NCBI GenBank assembly: GCA_963668625.2
Contig: CAXXKA010000005.1
Coordinates: 96,001-160,000, forward strand
Origin: an uncultured candidate division Zixibacteria bacterium
GTDB taxonomy: Bacteria > Zixibacteria > MSB-5A5 > UBA10806 > 4484-95
Length of the DNA: 64,000 nt
Reading direction: 5' to 3'
Below are positions 1 to 9,621 of this stretch, piece after piece (the stretch's first letter is position 1; every line of letters begins with the position of its first letter). Position numbers and translations under genes: made by a program. The notes under the pieces are model-generated. The model ran no database searches and was not told the DNA's origin. It worked only from the letters and a program-made list of their open reading frames with translations.

Positions 1-340
1 CGAGCCCTGGTTTTATCGTATCCTGACAAATATCTGCCGCGATAAATTACGCAAGCGAGGCCGGTTTGCCGATTTCAAAGACCGTTTTCAGCAGGAGAAA
101 TTAACCGAACTGGGTAGCGCAAAAGCCAAAGTCAAACCCGATACCGAGTTGTTCACTCGGGCATTGCAGAAATTAGATCCTGATAAACGAGAGGTAATAA
201 TACTCAGGTTTAACCGGGATCTCAGCTACGATGAAATTGCCAGAGCGCTCGATATAAGTCCGGGTACAGTGATGTCGCGCCTTCACAGGGCTAAAAAGGA
301 ACTTGAAAAAATCTTTAAGATAATGGGGATAAAACCGTAA
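1..340 (+). CDS. ECF RNA polymerase sigma factor (5' truncated by window edge)
   Basis: Frame is open from position 2: EPWFYRILTNICRDKLRK (region 2) ... REVIILRFNRDLSYDEIARALDISPGTVMSRLHRAK (region 4 HTH). Confidence 0.92.
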   Translation, partial: EPWFYRILTNICRDKLRKRGRFADFKDRFQQEKLTELGSAKAKVKPDTELFTRALQKLDPDKREVIILRFNRDLSYDEIARALDISPGTVMSRLHRAKKELEKIFKIMGIKP

Positions 341-1350
341 TGGACTGCCGGGAATTCGAAAATAAAATCTGGAGCCAACCTAATAATTACTCATCAAAGG
401 ATAATCTCCCTGATGACATGATGGCTCATCTGAATAAATGCCCTGAATGTGCCGGTGTCTACGAGGATTTCCTGAAAATGTTCTTGCTTTCGGGCAAAGC
501 CGAAATTGCCGGAGATGAGAGCTACTGGCAAAATTTCGAAAATAATGTTTGGGACAAAATCGAATCCTCAGAAAAAGACAGTCAGGCCGTATCGAATAGC
601 TCGTTTAGGCCTCGTTACAACCTCGGTTTCAAGCAATTGTTCGCCTCGCTTACGGTCGCTGCCGGCACGGTGGCTATGTTGATGCTGGCGGTCTCGAATA
701 TCACTAACGAGCCTGATATAGCGCCAATGATGAAGAAAGCCGAAAATCGGTTGATGAATAATTCAAGCCTGCCGATAAGCGATCTCAAACAAAAACGATA
801 CGAGCTTTCTTTTGTACCGGGCGAAAAGGGGGGGCTTCAGTTCGTGCAATATTCGCTTCTCTCCGAACCCGAGGTTAACGTCATTGACGATAGCTCGGAG
901 GTTCGTATCGATGCCGCTTATCTTACCGAGGACGGACTCGAGGATAAAGACCTTTCCATAACCAGGGCAAGTATCCAGGATGTCGAAAGAGGCATGGGCA
1001 CCGGCGATTCGGTAATCCCACATGTCGAATCGGAACTTGCAGAGGCGACACCTCCCGAGTACATAATCACGGTCGAGAAAATGCCCAGGATGATAAAAGC
1101 AGTCGCCCCGGATTATCCGCCTATCGCATATCGTTTCAAACGCGGCGGTGATGTCTGGATAAAGGCTTTCGTTGATGCCTCGGGGAAAGTACAACGAGCG
1201 ACCGTGCATAAAAAGTCGGGCAGTGATAGTGATTTCGATGAGGCTGCGCTCGAGGCGGCCTATAAAAACCAGTTCGAGCCTTTTGAGGTTAACGGCAGGA
1301 AAACTCCTGTCTGGGTAATTTACAAAGTAAGCTTCATCTCTAAAGATTAA
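340..1350 (+). CDS. Zinc-binding anti-sigma factor fused via a TM helix to a TonB C-terminal domain
   Basis: HLNKCPEC (HxxxCxxC ZAS motif); hydrophobic LFASLTVAAGTVAMLMLAV; C-terminal PDYPPIA..GDVWIKAFVDASGKV..FDEAALEAA..FEP typical of TonB_C; coupled to the sigma gene by TAATG overlap. Confidence 0.8.
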   Translation: MDCREFENKIWSQPNNYSSKDNLPDDMMAHLNKCPECAGVYEDFLKMFLLSGKAEIAGDESYWQNFENNVWDKIESSEKDSQAVSNSSFRPRYNLGFKQLFASLTVAAGTVAMLMLAVSNITNEPDIAPMMKKAENRLMNNSSLPISDLKQKRYELSFVPGEKGGLQFVQYSLLSEPEVNVIDDSSEVRIDAAYLTEDGLEDKDLSITRASIQDVERGMGTGDSVIPHVESELAEATPPEYIITVEKMPRMIKAVAPDYPPIAYRFKRGGDVWIKAFVDASGKVQRATVHKKSGSDSDFDEAALEAAYKNQFEPFEVNGRKTPVWVIYKVSFISKD

Positions 1351-1374
1351 CCACTAGTATCATGACCTATAGAT

Positions 1375-1404
1375 TAAAAAAGCCCTTGCATCATGCAAGG
1401 GCTT
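1375..1404 (-). terminator. Intrinsic terminator (U-tract on minus strand, possibly bidirectional)
   Basis: Perfect stem AAGCCCTTGCA-tga-TGCAAGGGCTT running into a T-tract on the minus strand. Confidence 0.8.
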
Positions 1405-1610
1405 AAGAAGCTGTGAGACCAAAATGACATGATCCTCTGGAGGGGGTAGAGGACCGATCACTCTCCCGGCTCACAGCAATTTTCAAGAATGTTCTTTATT
1501 TTTGACTTGTCGTAATTTTCGTTTCTCTACCCCTGACTAAATTTTACTACACCTCAATAGGTTCAGCAGTCCCGAGTTATTCCGAGGATGAGTAATATCC
1601 CACCCCAATG
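1375..1610 (-). ncRNA. Candidate small RNA of unknown family
   Basis: Bounded by a TTGACA-17-TATATT promoter and an intrinsic terminator; long hairpin 1410-1477 with loop ACCCCCTCC; no convincing ORF with RBS inside. Confidence 0.55.
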
Positions 1611-1615
1611 GCGAT

Positions 1616-1644
1616 AATATAAGTATAAGTGGCCATACTGTCAA
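1616..1644 (-). promoter_or_regulatory. sigma70 promoter
   Basis: TTGACA gtatggccacttatact TATATT (17-nt spacer) on the minus strand. Confidence 0.75.
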
Positions 1645-1676
1645 GAGAAGTTTTCTAATCTTTTTCATTTTCAGTA

Positions 1677-1820
1677 TTATCGCCTCTCGCTACTCTTTTG
1701 GTTACGATATTGGCTTTCGAACGCCTTTTTAAACCTTGATATTCTCTCCTCAAGTACGATATTAGGATCTCTCGAGAAGTTGGTCTGGCTTTTCATTGTT
1801 TTGCTGTCCACATTTGACAT
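1677..1820 (-). CDS. Putative 47-aa small protein
   Basis: AGGAGGG RBS 5 nt before ATG, 20 nt after the protease stop codon; MSNVDSKTMKSQTNFSRDPNIVLEERISRFKKAFESQYRNQKSSERR. Confidence 0.5.
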   Translation of the reverse strand: MSNVDSKTMKSQTNFSRDPNIVLEERISRFKKAFESQYRNQKSSERR

Positions 1821-1840
1821 TATATCCCTCCTGTCTCTAT

Positions 1841-3610
1841 CTATTTAAGGTACAACATCTTACTAATAATGCTATGTTCGTCGAATTTAACCCGGTAGAA
1901 ATACACTCCTGTGCTAACATCACCGACTCTTGTATCCACTCCATCCCAGTCTATATTATGATATCCGGCGCTCAATCTGCTGTTACACAGATTTTCAACC
2001 AGTCTGCCGTTAATGTCATAGATATCAACTTCCACATCGGAGTCTGCATATAGCAGGAAACTAATCGTGGTCTGGGCATTAAATGGATTAGGATAATTAT
2101 TATATAATTCCGCTTTTTCAGGAATCAGGTATTTGTCATCATCGATATACTGCGGACTACCGATTGCAATATCGGCAGTCATAGTGCTTAATGAATTACT
2201 GATATTAGTTATCGATACGTTAGTAGGATCGCCGGCGTAGCTATTCGAATTCGGCGTACTGATATCGTTAAACGTTCTATTATCGGTTGAACCGGGGAAG
2301 GGATCACCTGAATCGCCCTGATCTATCCCATGCTCCAACTCCCAGAGCTGATCAGCCGGTTCAACGGCCACTAAATAGTGCGAGCTACCCGAGCCGGGCC
2401 ACCACTCGTCATCATTATCACTGCGGTTATCATCAATATGATAAACCATCAAACCGCTTCCCGGAATATATGAATCGTAACCTGTCTTTTGACGGTTTTC
2501 AACCAGAAAATATTCATTACCGGGAAGACCGTTTGTCCAAATCTTATATATCGTACTGTTATTTTCCGAGTTAGGAATAGACAATCCTGTTTGATTGGAA
2601 CTCAGTACGGTCGGCGTAACGAATCCTAACTGTATTTTGCACCAGGCATCGAAATGCGCCGGGCTGCTACCGAGATAGCCGTTCCAACTTCCGCCCGCCA
2701 TGATACTCCATTTGCCTACGCCCTCGGAGGAGTAGTCCGTATCGTATAAGTCGGGTAAACCTAATACGTGCCCCAGCTCGTGGCAATAAACACCGCATGT
2801 CATATCACCGGCCGATACCCAATATTCCGGCTGCATCGAATATGTGTATGCGTATACGCCATCCACATACCGGGGCGAGATTGCCCATTTGTGCGACCAG
2901 ATATCATTATTGCTGCCGGTGTATTCCGCGCCCGGTCCGGCATGAACCACAACCAGGCCATCCACGAAACCATCCGAGTCATTATCGAAATCAGAGAAGT
3001 CCACATAAGGATTGACCAGGTCAACGGCGTCCTCAACCAGTTTCTGGGCGTTCTGAGGATATGATCCTAGGCCGTTCTGGCTATTGCAGTAATAGGCGTA
3101 TGTCTGGGACGGTTGTTTCCAACCGATGTCGGAGGGTAATATTACGGTAGTGAGATTCAGTGTGTTGTACGAAACCTCCTTATAATAATTATTAACCGTT
3201 CCGGTTTGATCGACATACATGAGCGTATCGAAAAATAGGTCAGGTACCGAGGCCTTTTTATCGGAGAAATTAATCAGTATAGTCAGGACATTTATATTGC
3301 CCGATGCCACCGATTTGGCCAAGCTATTATTCGAGCGGTTCAGCCCGGCCTGGGAATGGGGAGAATTTCCGGCAGTGCCAACGCCCCTGGAAAGGAGTTC
3401 CTGCCTGTGGTTAAGGTAGTAGGAATCGGCAAATCTGTCGCTTGCGATTTTACCAAGGGCCTCACCCATGTATGGCGGCGCCGAGGAAGCAATAACCGGC
3501 AGCGAAACCGCAATCAGCAACGCTGTCAGGATGCTCAGTTTGACTTTCTTTCTTTTGATCTCTATCATTGCCGTTATCCTTTTCAGAGACGTTAGCGTTT
3601 TACTCATCAC
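1841..3610 (-). CDS. M6-family (immune inhibitor A-like) metalloprotease with T9SS/FlgD-like C-terminal domain
   Basis: HELGHVLGLPDLYD, WSIMAGGSW, EYFLVENRQ; signal peptide; C-terminal NNYPNPFNAQT...GVYFYRV...KMLYLK. Confidence 0.9.
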   Translation of the reverse strand: MMSKTLTSLKRITAMIEIKRKKVKLSILTALLIAVSLPVIASSAPPYMGEALGKIASDRFADSYYLNHRQELLSRGVGTAGNSPHSQAGLNRSNNSLAKSVASGNINVLTILINFSDKKASVPDLFFDTLMYVDQTGTVNNYYKEVSYNTLNLTTVILPSDIGWKQPSQTYAYYCNSQNGLGSYPQNAQKLVEDAVDLVNPYVDFSDFDNDSDGFVDGLVVVHAGPGAEYTGSNNDIWSHKWAISPRYVDGVYAYTYSMQPEYWVSAGDMTCGVYCHELGHVLGLPDLYDTDYSSEGVGKWSIMAGGSWNGYLGSSPAHFDAWCKIQLGFVTPTVLSSNQTGLSIPNSENNSTIYKIWTNGLPGNEYFLVENRQKTGYDSYIPGSGLMVYHIDDNRSDNDDEWWPGSGSSHYLVAVEPADQLWELEHGIDQGDSGDPFPGSTDNRTFNDISTPNSNSYAGDPTNVSITNISNSLSTMTADIAIGSPQYIDDDKYLIPEKAELYNNYPNPFNAQTTISFLLYADSDVEVDIYDINGRLVENLCNSRLSAGYHNIDWDGVDTRVGDVSTGVYFYRVKFDEHSIISKMLYLK

Positions 3611-3617
3611 TCGTTAA

Positions 3618-4886
3618 TTAAAACCTGAGTCCCATAGCGAAACCGAAATCTATGCCTTTCGTCGCGCCGGGATTGAACGAGCCGTTATTAGCTATCGCGA
3701 AATCGATTTGATAGGGGCCCATATATATACCGAAACCGGTGGCTAAAATCGTTCCCCGGTCGCCACCGAAAGAACTACCCAACCTGAGCGGCAGGAAACC
3801 TACCGGTTTATATTCCAGACCGGCGCTTATTCGGGGATTAACCGACTGTGAAGCGCTGCTTCTAACGCCCTGTTCCCAATCGATTGCCCAGGTAAGTTTA
3901 TTATAGGCTCTGGAAAGACCCAGTTTAAGAACGGGGGAGACAGTGGTCGAAAACGCCTCGGTATCGTAGGTGGTATCGCTTGACTCGACCAGTGAATCGG
4001 AATCGTCATCGGCGATATTATCGAAATTGATGGGCTCGGTAAATTCGAACGTGAATACTGTTTCTTCGGGTTGACCGTTCCAGTTTATCTTCGAATACAG
4101 GTTCTGATAACTGGCCGAGAAAACCCAACTGTTCTCGAATATCATGGCCATGCCAATGTCCATACCATAACCCTGGCCGCCAATACACTGGCGAATCGTC
4201 ATGGTACCGTCACCGGTGAAACCGTCATCGGTAGTATTAACACCACCCTCGGCGTTGATAATTTTCTGATAGGCCGCGCCATAGAAAAAGTGAGCGGTCG
4301 CGCCTACAGCCAGTTCACCGCCATCCCACTTTTTAAGAGGATGACCATACGACAGGGCGGCATCGCCTATACCGTAAGCTTCGCCCTCGGTTTCACTCAA
4401 ATCAACCTCAGATTTGACGGCGTTGCCGTAGAGAAACAACTCGAACGGATCTTTGTCGAGGCTGAGTTTCGAGGCGCCCAGGGTTCTGAAAGACATAGCC
4501 ACTCTGTTGACCGAGAAACTAAGAACATTTGCCTCGGTAATGAAATCAAGCTGCAAGCCCTCGTTCGGAATTTTATCCAGAATCGCTTTCTTGTCGCCGT
4601 TATCCAGAAACTGGCCGTTGTACGTATTGTAATCCGCCAGCGAGAAACTGTTATTCTTCAGGCTCAAACCGACTCCCACGATATCCAGCGAGAAAGAGCG
4701 GTTGTTGGAAAGGCCGAGATTAGCCGGGTTGTAGGCTGTCGCCTCAAGCCCGGTGCCCAGCGCCGTGTAGGCGCCGCCCATAGCCATCGCACGCGGGTGC
4801 GACTGACCCCAGGCGAATATCGGGCCGGAACTGAGCAGTATGACACTCAGTACCGCTATCGTTATTTTAAAAGTTGAATTTCTCAT
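3618..4886 (-). CDS. Outer-membrane beta-barrel protein (FadL/PorV/DUF5723-like)
   Basis: Signal peptide; PRAMAMGGAYTA..YNPANL hatch motif; amphipathic strands; terminal F (FGFAMGLRF). Confidence 0.75.
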   Translation of the reverse strand: MRNSTFKITIAVLSVILLSSGPIFAWGQSHPRAMAMGGAYTALGTGLEATAYNPANLGLSNNRSFSLDIVGVGLSLKNNSFSLADYNTYNGQFLDNGDKKAILDKIPNEGLQLDFITEANVLSFSVNRVAMSFRTLGASKLSLDKDPFELFLYGNAVKSEVDLSETEGEAYGIGDAALSYGHPLKKWDGGELAVGATAHFFYGAAYQKIINAEGGVNTTDDGFTGDGTMTIRQCIGGQGYGMDIGMAMIFENSWVFSASYQNLYSKINWNGQPEETVFTFEFTEPINFDNIADDDSDSLVESSDTTYDTEAFSTTVSPVLKLGLSRAYNKLTWAIDWEQGVRSSASQSVNPRISAGLEYKPVGFLPLRLGSSFGGDRGTILATGFGIYMGPYQIDFAIANNGSFNPGATKGIDFGFAMGLRF

Positions 4887-4899
4887 TTATTTCCCCTCC

Positions 4900-6921
4900 T
4901 TAATTTCCATTATTATCTTCCCAGAGATGTTCTCCGGCATTGACTGAAAGCCTGGCGGTAGCCGATATCGTGAAATAATCGCCGCCGCTTATATAGCTGC
5001 CTGTTGTCGGCAGAAGCTGCACCTTTGGCGCTATGAAAAATTCCTCGCTCTCGAACACCGAGATTTCCTCGGAGGTAAGCGAATCGCTGAATACCGATAT
5101 AATCTCTTCGATCGCATAACCATCGGTATCAGTGGTAGCGCTTTCCAGAATAAACGGACCGATAATCAGCGAACGAGGATCGGTGTAAATCCTGTCGTCA
5201 TCATAGTAACCCATATAAAGAGCCACTTTCATGCCCACCGGTAGATGGCTTGTCAATTGGGCGCGCACGGTGCCGTAATTGAATGTCTCATCGAAATCAG
5301 GAGAATCATCACCGGCGCCCTCGGCATCGGTTATCTCCAGATCGAGAGTCGAAGTATCAGCCAATGAAAATGCCAGCGGCGAGTAAATCTCTACCGTCCC
5401 GAAGAAGAAATCATCCTTATGGATATAGACCGAATCCGCGTTGGCAGGATTCATGATTGCTATACCGGTAATATTGATCTGCTCTGGAGTCGGGCTTAAG
5501 AACGAGCTTAAGGCAAGCGAGGATATTATAATCTCGGTCTCCTCAGGTTGGCTCAATGAGAGGCCCTTACCATGCACGGTATCCTGTACGACTACGTTTC
5601 TGGTACCATCCTGGTTTGCCAGAAGCATATCCACGAACACATCGGAGGTGGAGTTGTTATACAGGGTCATACGCATTTGGGCGTGAGTTAATGTGGCATC
5701 CTCGAAACCGTCGGGGACATCGACATCCTCGCTCATCGGATCAATGGTGATCTCGGTAGGCTCGATCTGTCCGGTTATGGACTCGAATGTAATATCTGAA
5801 ACATCCGCGATGACTTTCAGCGAGTCGGTGGCGTTAACCTGGTATTTTAATGGTGAACTATCCTCGATATCAGCGGTAACTCCAATAGTTACTGTCTGGG
5901 GTGAGGTAGCGCCATCAGGCGTAAGGTTGTAGCCATTAAGGTTGATATTTCTATAGACAGTCGAATTTCCGGCAATGGCTTCCGAAAGCGAAAGTGCCGT
6001 ACTATTCAACTCGAAATTCGGAAATAACATATCGAGATTCATTGGCAGACTCGAGCCGTTGACTATCTGTATAGTCATCGTACCCTGATCGATCACCGAT
6101 TCATATATGATCGACTCATCAGCCATATCTATTATTTGATCGAGATTCTTAGTGAATGCGGGAATCTCGGCTAATGCGCTCGATACGGATATGCCGCCGG
6201 GGAATGATGTCGAAATAACCAGATCATTCGAAGGCAAGCTTATCTCCTGAGCCAGAACCGTACCGTAAGTGCGAAGAGTTAATGAATTTTCCACACGTTC
6301 ACCGGCCAGATCGAGTTGACGGCTCAAGGTTTGATTGTCGGCAATACCATTTTCGAAAATTGCAGCGCTTAACGGTGTGCCAAGATCGGATGAATTATAT
6401 ATCCATACAACCAGCGAATCGATATCGGCGCCGATATCGTTAGCGACTTGAACCTCTATTACTCCTTCATGGATTTCAGCCCAGTCGAAATTATCGATAT
6501 TGCTCATTGCCCTGGAACGGTTAAACGAGGTATCGACCGGTACGAAATTAGCCACATTCGGTACACCTAGATCGGCCATACTGAATGTCTCCGGATCGAT
6601 TGTCGGCGAATCGATATCCACTATATCCAGCGAATCCTCGTAGGTCTGATTGATACCATCGGCGCTGAGATTATCCTCAACCGATACTGTATCAACATCC
6701 TGTGTGATAGAGAACGCCGGATTGCCGAGACTATCAAAGATGATATCCTCGGTATCCATCTGGTCTACCAGGTCCTGGATATCATAAGTCTTGTTGGTTA
6801 ATGGTAAATCCCAGGATGTTTCCCAGGTTGGCGCCTGGGGCTCCTGAATAGAACAACCGCTAAAAATAAACATAGCGGCCAGAACTAATACTAGCCCGAG
6901 TTTAAATTGGACTTTTCTCAC
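4900..6921 (-). CDS. Large acidic beta-rich lipoprotein of unknown function
   Basis: Lipobox FSGC after a hydrophobic N-terminus; strong RBS; 673 aa. Confidence 0.75.
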   Translation of the reverse strand: MRKVQFKLGLVLVLAAMFIFSGCSIQEPQAPTWETSWDLPLTNKTYDIQDLVDQMDTEDIIFDSLGNPAFSITQDVDTVSVEDNLSADGINQTYEDSLDIVDIDSPTIDPETFSMADLGVPNVANFVPVDTSFNRSRAMSNIDNFDWAEIHEGVIEVQVANDIGADIDSLVVWIYNSSDLGTPLSAAIFENGIADNQTLSRQLDLAGERVENSLTLRTYGTVLAQEISLPSNDLVISTSFPGGISVSSALAEIPAFTKNLDQIIDMADESIIYESVIDQGTMTIQIVNGSSLPMNLDMLFPNFELNSTALSLSEAIAGNSTVYRNINLNGYNLTPDGATSPQTVTIGVTADIEDSSPLKYQVNATDSLKVIADVSDITFESITGQIEPTEITIDPMSEDVDVPDGFEDATLTHAQMRMTLYNNSTSDVFVDMLLANQDGTRNVVVQDTVHGKGLSLSQPEETEIIISSLALSSFLSPTPEQINITGIAIMNPANADSVYIHKDDFFFGTVEIYSPLAFSLADTSTLDLEITDAEGAGDDSPDFDETFNYGTVRAQLTSHLPVGMKVALYMGYYDDDRIYTDPRSLIIGPFILESATTDTDGYAIEEIISVFSDSLTSEEISVFESEEFFIAPKVQLLPTTGSYISGGDYFTISATARLSVNAGEHLWEDNNGN

Positions 6922-6982
6922 TTGGTTTCCCCTCCTTAATTATGAAAGATTCTTTTTTGCCGCAAATACTGGCAGAATTAAA

Positions 6983-6998
6983 TGCAAGGGGAATGCCA
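6983..6998 (-). promoter_or_regulatory. sigma54 (-24/-12) promoter
   Basis: TGGCATTCCCCTTGCA: GG-N10-GC with TTGCA, ~60 nt upstream of the lipoprotein start. Confidence 0.65.
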
Positions 6999-7176
6999 AG
7001 CGTGTCAAACCTGTAGCAACAGTTAAACATCATGTGTAACCGTATGATATATAGTAGGATATAATGAGATATGAATGTCTGTTATTGTATCATATTATAG
7101 TGTTTTTCATGAAAACTATGGGGTGTTTCCAATAGATGAGGTGATAAATCCCTTTATTTCGGATAAAAAAGAGTGA

Positions 7177-7234
7177 TTGGCGCAAGCCCCCATCAAAGAT
7201 GTTGACTCTGGGGAGTAGGGGAGACTCGCACCAA
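7177..7234. repeat. REP-like imperfect inverted repeat
   Basis: TTGGCGCAAGCCCCC ... GGGGAGACTCGCACCAA. Confidence 0.4.
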
Positions 7235-7415
7235 TCACGAAAGTAACATGACTGCCTCGCAAAAGCACAGGAATTAACAGTTTTTGCGAAAAATCCGTAA
7301 AATAGTTATAAATAATTCTAAACAATAATGGACATACGTGTCATTTAGAGACGCCAAAGACAACGAGGCAATCTGTCTGATTTGTGTAGATAGTTTGATG
7401 GTGGGGATACTCCGG

Positions 7416-9554
7416 CTATTTTAACAGCGTCATCTCGCCTGATAACTGCGTATCGCCCGATGTCAACCGATAGAAATACACCCCCGAGGCAAAACCATCG
7501 GCATCCCAGACAACCGATCTCTCACCGGCGGTTTGATAGCCCTCAGCCAGTGTGGAGACTTTACGACCGAGTATATCGTAGATATCGATTGCCACCTGCC
7601 CGGATTGGGGGAGAGAGTAGTTGATTACGGTTTGGGCGTTGAACGGGTTGGGGTAGTTCTGGGGGAGGGAAGTCTCCATCGGGAATAATGATTTTTCAGT
7701 TATTTCTGTTTGATCCATCCGTAGAATTATAAACGAATAGCAATCAGCTACATAAATGAAATCATCATGTATATCAGTATTATAAGCTAAACCGGGTGTA
7801 TCATAACTCCCAACCATAACGGGAGAAAGTGGATCAGTCACATCGAATACCTCGACTCCATCACAGTAATCCGCTACATAAACGTAATCATCGACAACAT
7901 TTACGCCAAAAGCCCAATCTGTTGTTCTACAGAAACCAACTGTAAATGGATCGGAAGGATCACTGATATCAACAATCCGTACCCCTCTTGAATCGCTGGC
8001 TATATAAGCATATTCGCCGGAGACACATATATCCAATGCTACAGGTTCAAGACTGCATTGACCAACAATGAATGGATTTACTGGATCAACTATATTGATT
8101 ATTTGCAATTCTAATTCGATTGAATTAATAATGTAAGCAAAATTCCCTGAAATATAAATGTCTCCAATAGATCCTTCTACGGGGCAGATACCCACTGGTA
8201 TTGGATTTGCGGGATCGCTAATGTTTATTACGTTTAAACCGTTTTGATATTCGGAGACATAAGCGTATTCATCGATAACAACAACATCTCCTAAATATCC
8301 AGTCATCTGATAGTTTCCAATTAATGTTGGATTAGATGAATCGATGATATTTAGTATAGACAATTCCATTCCAGCAGTCAAATAAACATAATTATCTTGT
8401 TTATATGCGTTTTGTATAATGGTTGAAGCCCTGTATAAACCAACTTGATTGGGATTAGAAGGATTACTTACATCTACCAAGCTCAAACAATTATAGCTAT
8501 CAATCAGATAAGCAATATCATTACTGATTATACAATTAATAATTGTTTCGGGAGTAGTATAATTCCCTGATAGCGTCGGGTTGGTTGGATCATCGATATT
8601 AATTAAATCCAAACCTATATCCATATCCGCTAAATATGCTATTTCATCGGAGATAAAAACACTTTCTCCATATTGAATCGGAAAGCTTCCTGCTATATAT
8701 GAATTATTCGGATCGGAAATATCAATGATTTCCAAATTAGAGTTGTTATAAGCATAGTCAATAACGAAAGCATAGTTGCCGGAAATAACAACATCGCAAG
8801 TGTTCCCTGGTAAATCAACGCTATCTATAAAAATAGGATTAGTAGGATTCGAGATATTAATAATTTGAAAGCCATCTTGCCTACAAGCAAGATAAGCATA
8901 ATTTCCCGATACATAAATTCCCAAAACAGGCGTGGAGATTTCAAAACTTCCTATTAAATTGGGATTGGATGGATTAGAGATATTGAAAATCTGTAAACCA
9001 ATATCGCCATCAGCTAAATATACATAATTACCTCTAACAAATATATCCAGATTGCTGTTTGGGCTTTCTATACTACCTGTTAGAATTGGATTAGAAGGGT
9101 TAGTAACATCAACTATAAACATACTTCTGCAATAATCAGCTAAATAAGCATAATTATTATAAACGAACGCAGTTTTTATTGGATATTCCGTGTTAAAAAT
9201 ACCTACCTGATAAGGATTTTCAGGATCCGCTATATTTATAATCTCTAATCCACAACCGCTATCGACGACATAAACATGATCGCCATCTAATACTATTTGA
9301 TTCGGGAAACCGGAAATATAATAATCACTAATAAAACTGGGAGCAGTATTATCACTAATATCCAATATCACCAATCCATTATAAAATAAGCAATAGGCAT
9401 AATTATCGGCAGCCACCACATCAGTTGCACCACTCCATAGTGTTGAACCTACATAATCTATTTCATAACTTTGAGCTAATACAGCAGAAGGAAATGAAAT
9501 TATAAAATAAACTAAAATAATACCATAAATAATTACTTTAATTCGGGGACGCAT
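7416..9554 (-). CDS. LVIVD-repeat (beta-propeller) secreted protein with T9SS-type C-terminal domain
   Basis: About 14 repeats of YAYxA..GLxIxDISxPxNPxxxG; signal peptide; QNYPNPFNAQT...GVYFYRL...MTLLK. Confidence 0.88.
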   Translation of the reverse strand: MRPRIKVIIYGIILVYFIISFPSAVLAQSYEIDYVGSTLWSGATDVVAADNYAYCLFYNGLVILDISDNTAPSFISDYYISGFPNQIVLDGDHVYVVDSGCGLEIINIADPENPYQVGIFNTEYPIKTAFVYNNYAYLADYCRSMFIVDVTNPSNPILTGSIESPNSNLDIFVRGNYVYLADGDIGLQIFNISNPSNPNLIGSFEISTPVLGIYVSGNYAYLACRQDGFQIINISNPTNPIFIDSVDLPGNTCDVVISGNYAFVIDYAYNNSNLEIIDISDPNNSYIAGSFPIQYGESVFISDEIAYLADMDIGLDLINIDDPTNPTLSGNYTTPETIINCIISNDIAYLIDSYNCLSLVDVSNPSNPNQVGLYRASTIIQNAYKQDNYVYLTAGMELSILNIIDSSNPTLIGNYQMTGYLGDVVVIDEYAYVSEYQNGLNVINISDPANPIPVGICPVEGSIGDIYISGNFAYIINSIELELQIINIVDPVNPFIVGQCSLEPVALDICVSGEYAYIASDSRGVRIVDISDPSDPFTVGFCRTTDWAFGVNVVDDYVYVADYCDGVEVFDVTDPLSPVMVGSYDTPGLAYNTDIHDDFIYVADCYSFIILRMDQTEITEKSLFPMETSLPQNYPNPFNAQTVINYSLPQSGQVAIDIYDILGRKVSTLAEGYQTAGERSVVWDADGFASGVYFYRLTSGDTQLSGEMTLLK

Positions 9555-9621
9555 GTAATCTCCAATTATTGATTTGATTAATTACCTTAACTATCAGATA
9601 GACACTCGTTATATCCATGAT

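Noticed and set aside
4071-4877. 268-aa plus-strand ORF and the many other antisense or nested ORFs in the track
   Set aside because: They lie within well-supported genes and have no recognisable motifs; likely shadow frames.
6970-6986. Plus-strand sigma54-like TGGCAG...TGCA
   Set aside because: GG-to-GC spacing is 11 rather than 10, and there is no downstream plus-strand gene.
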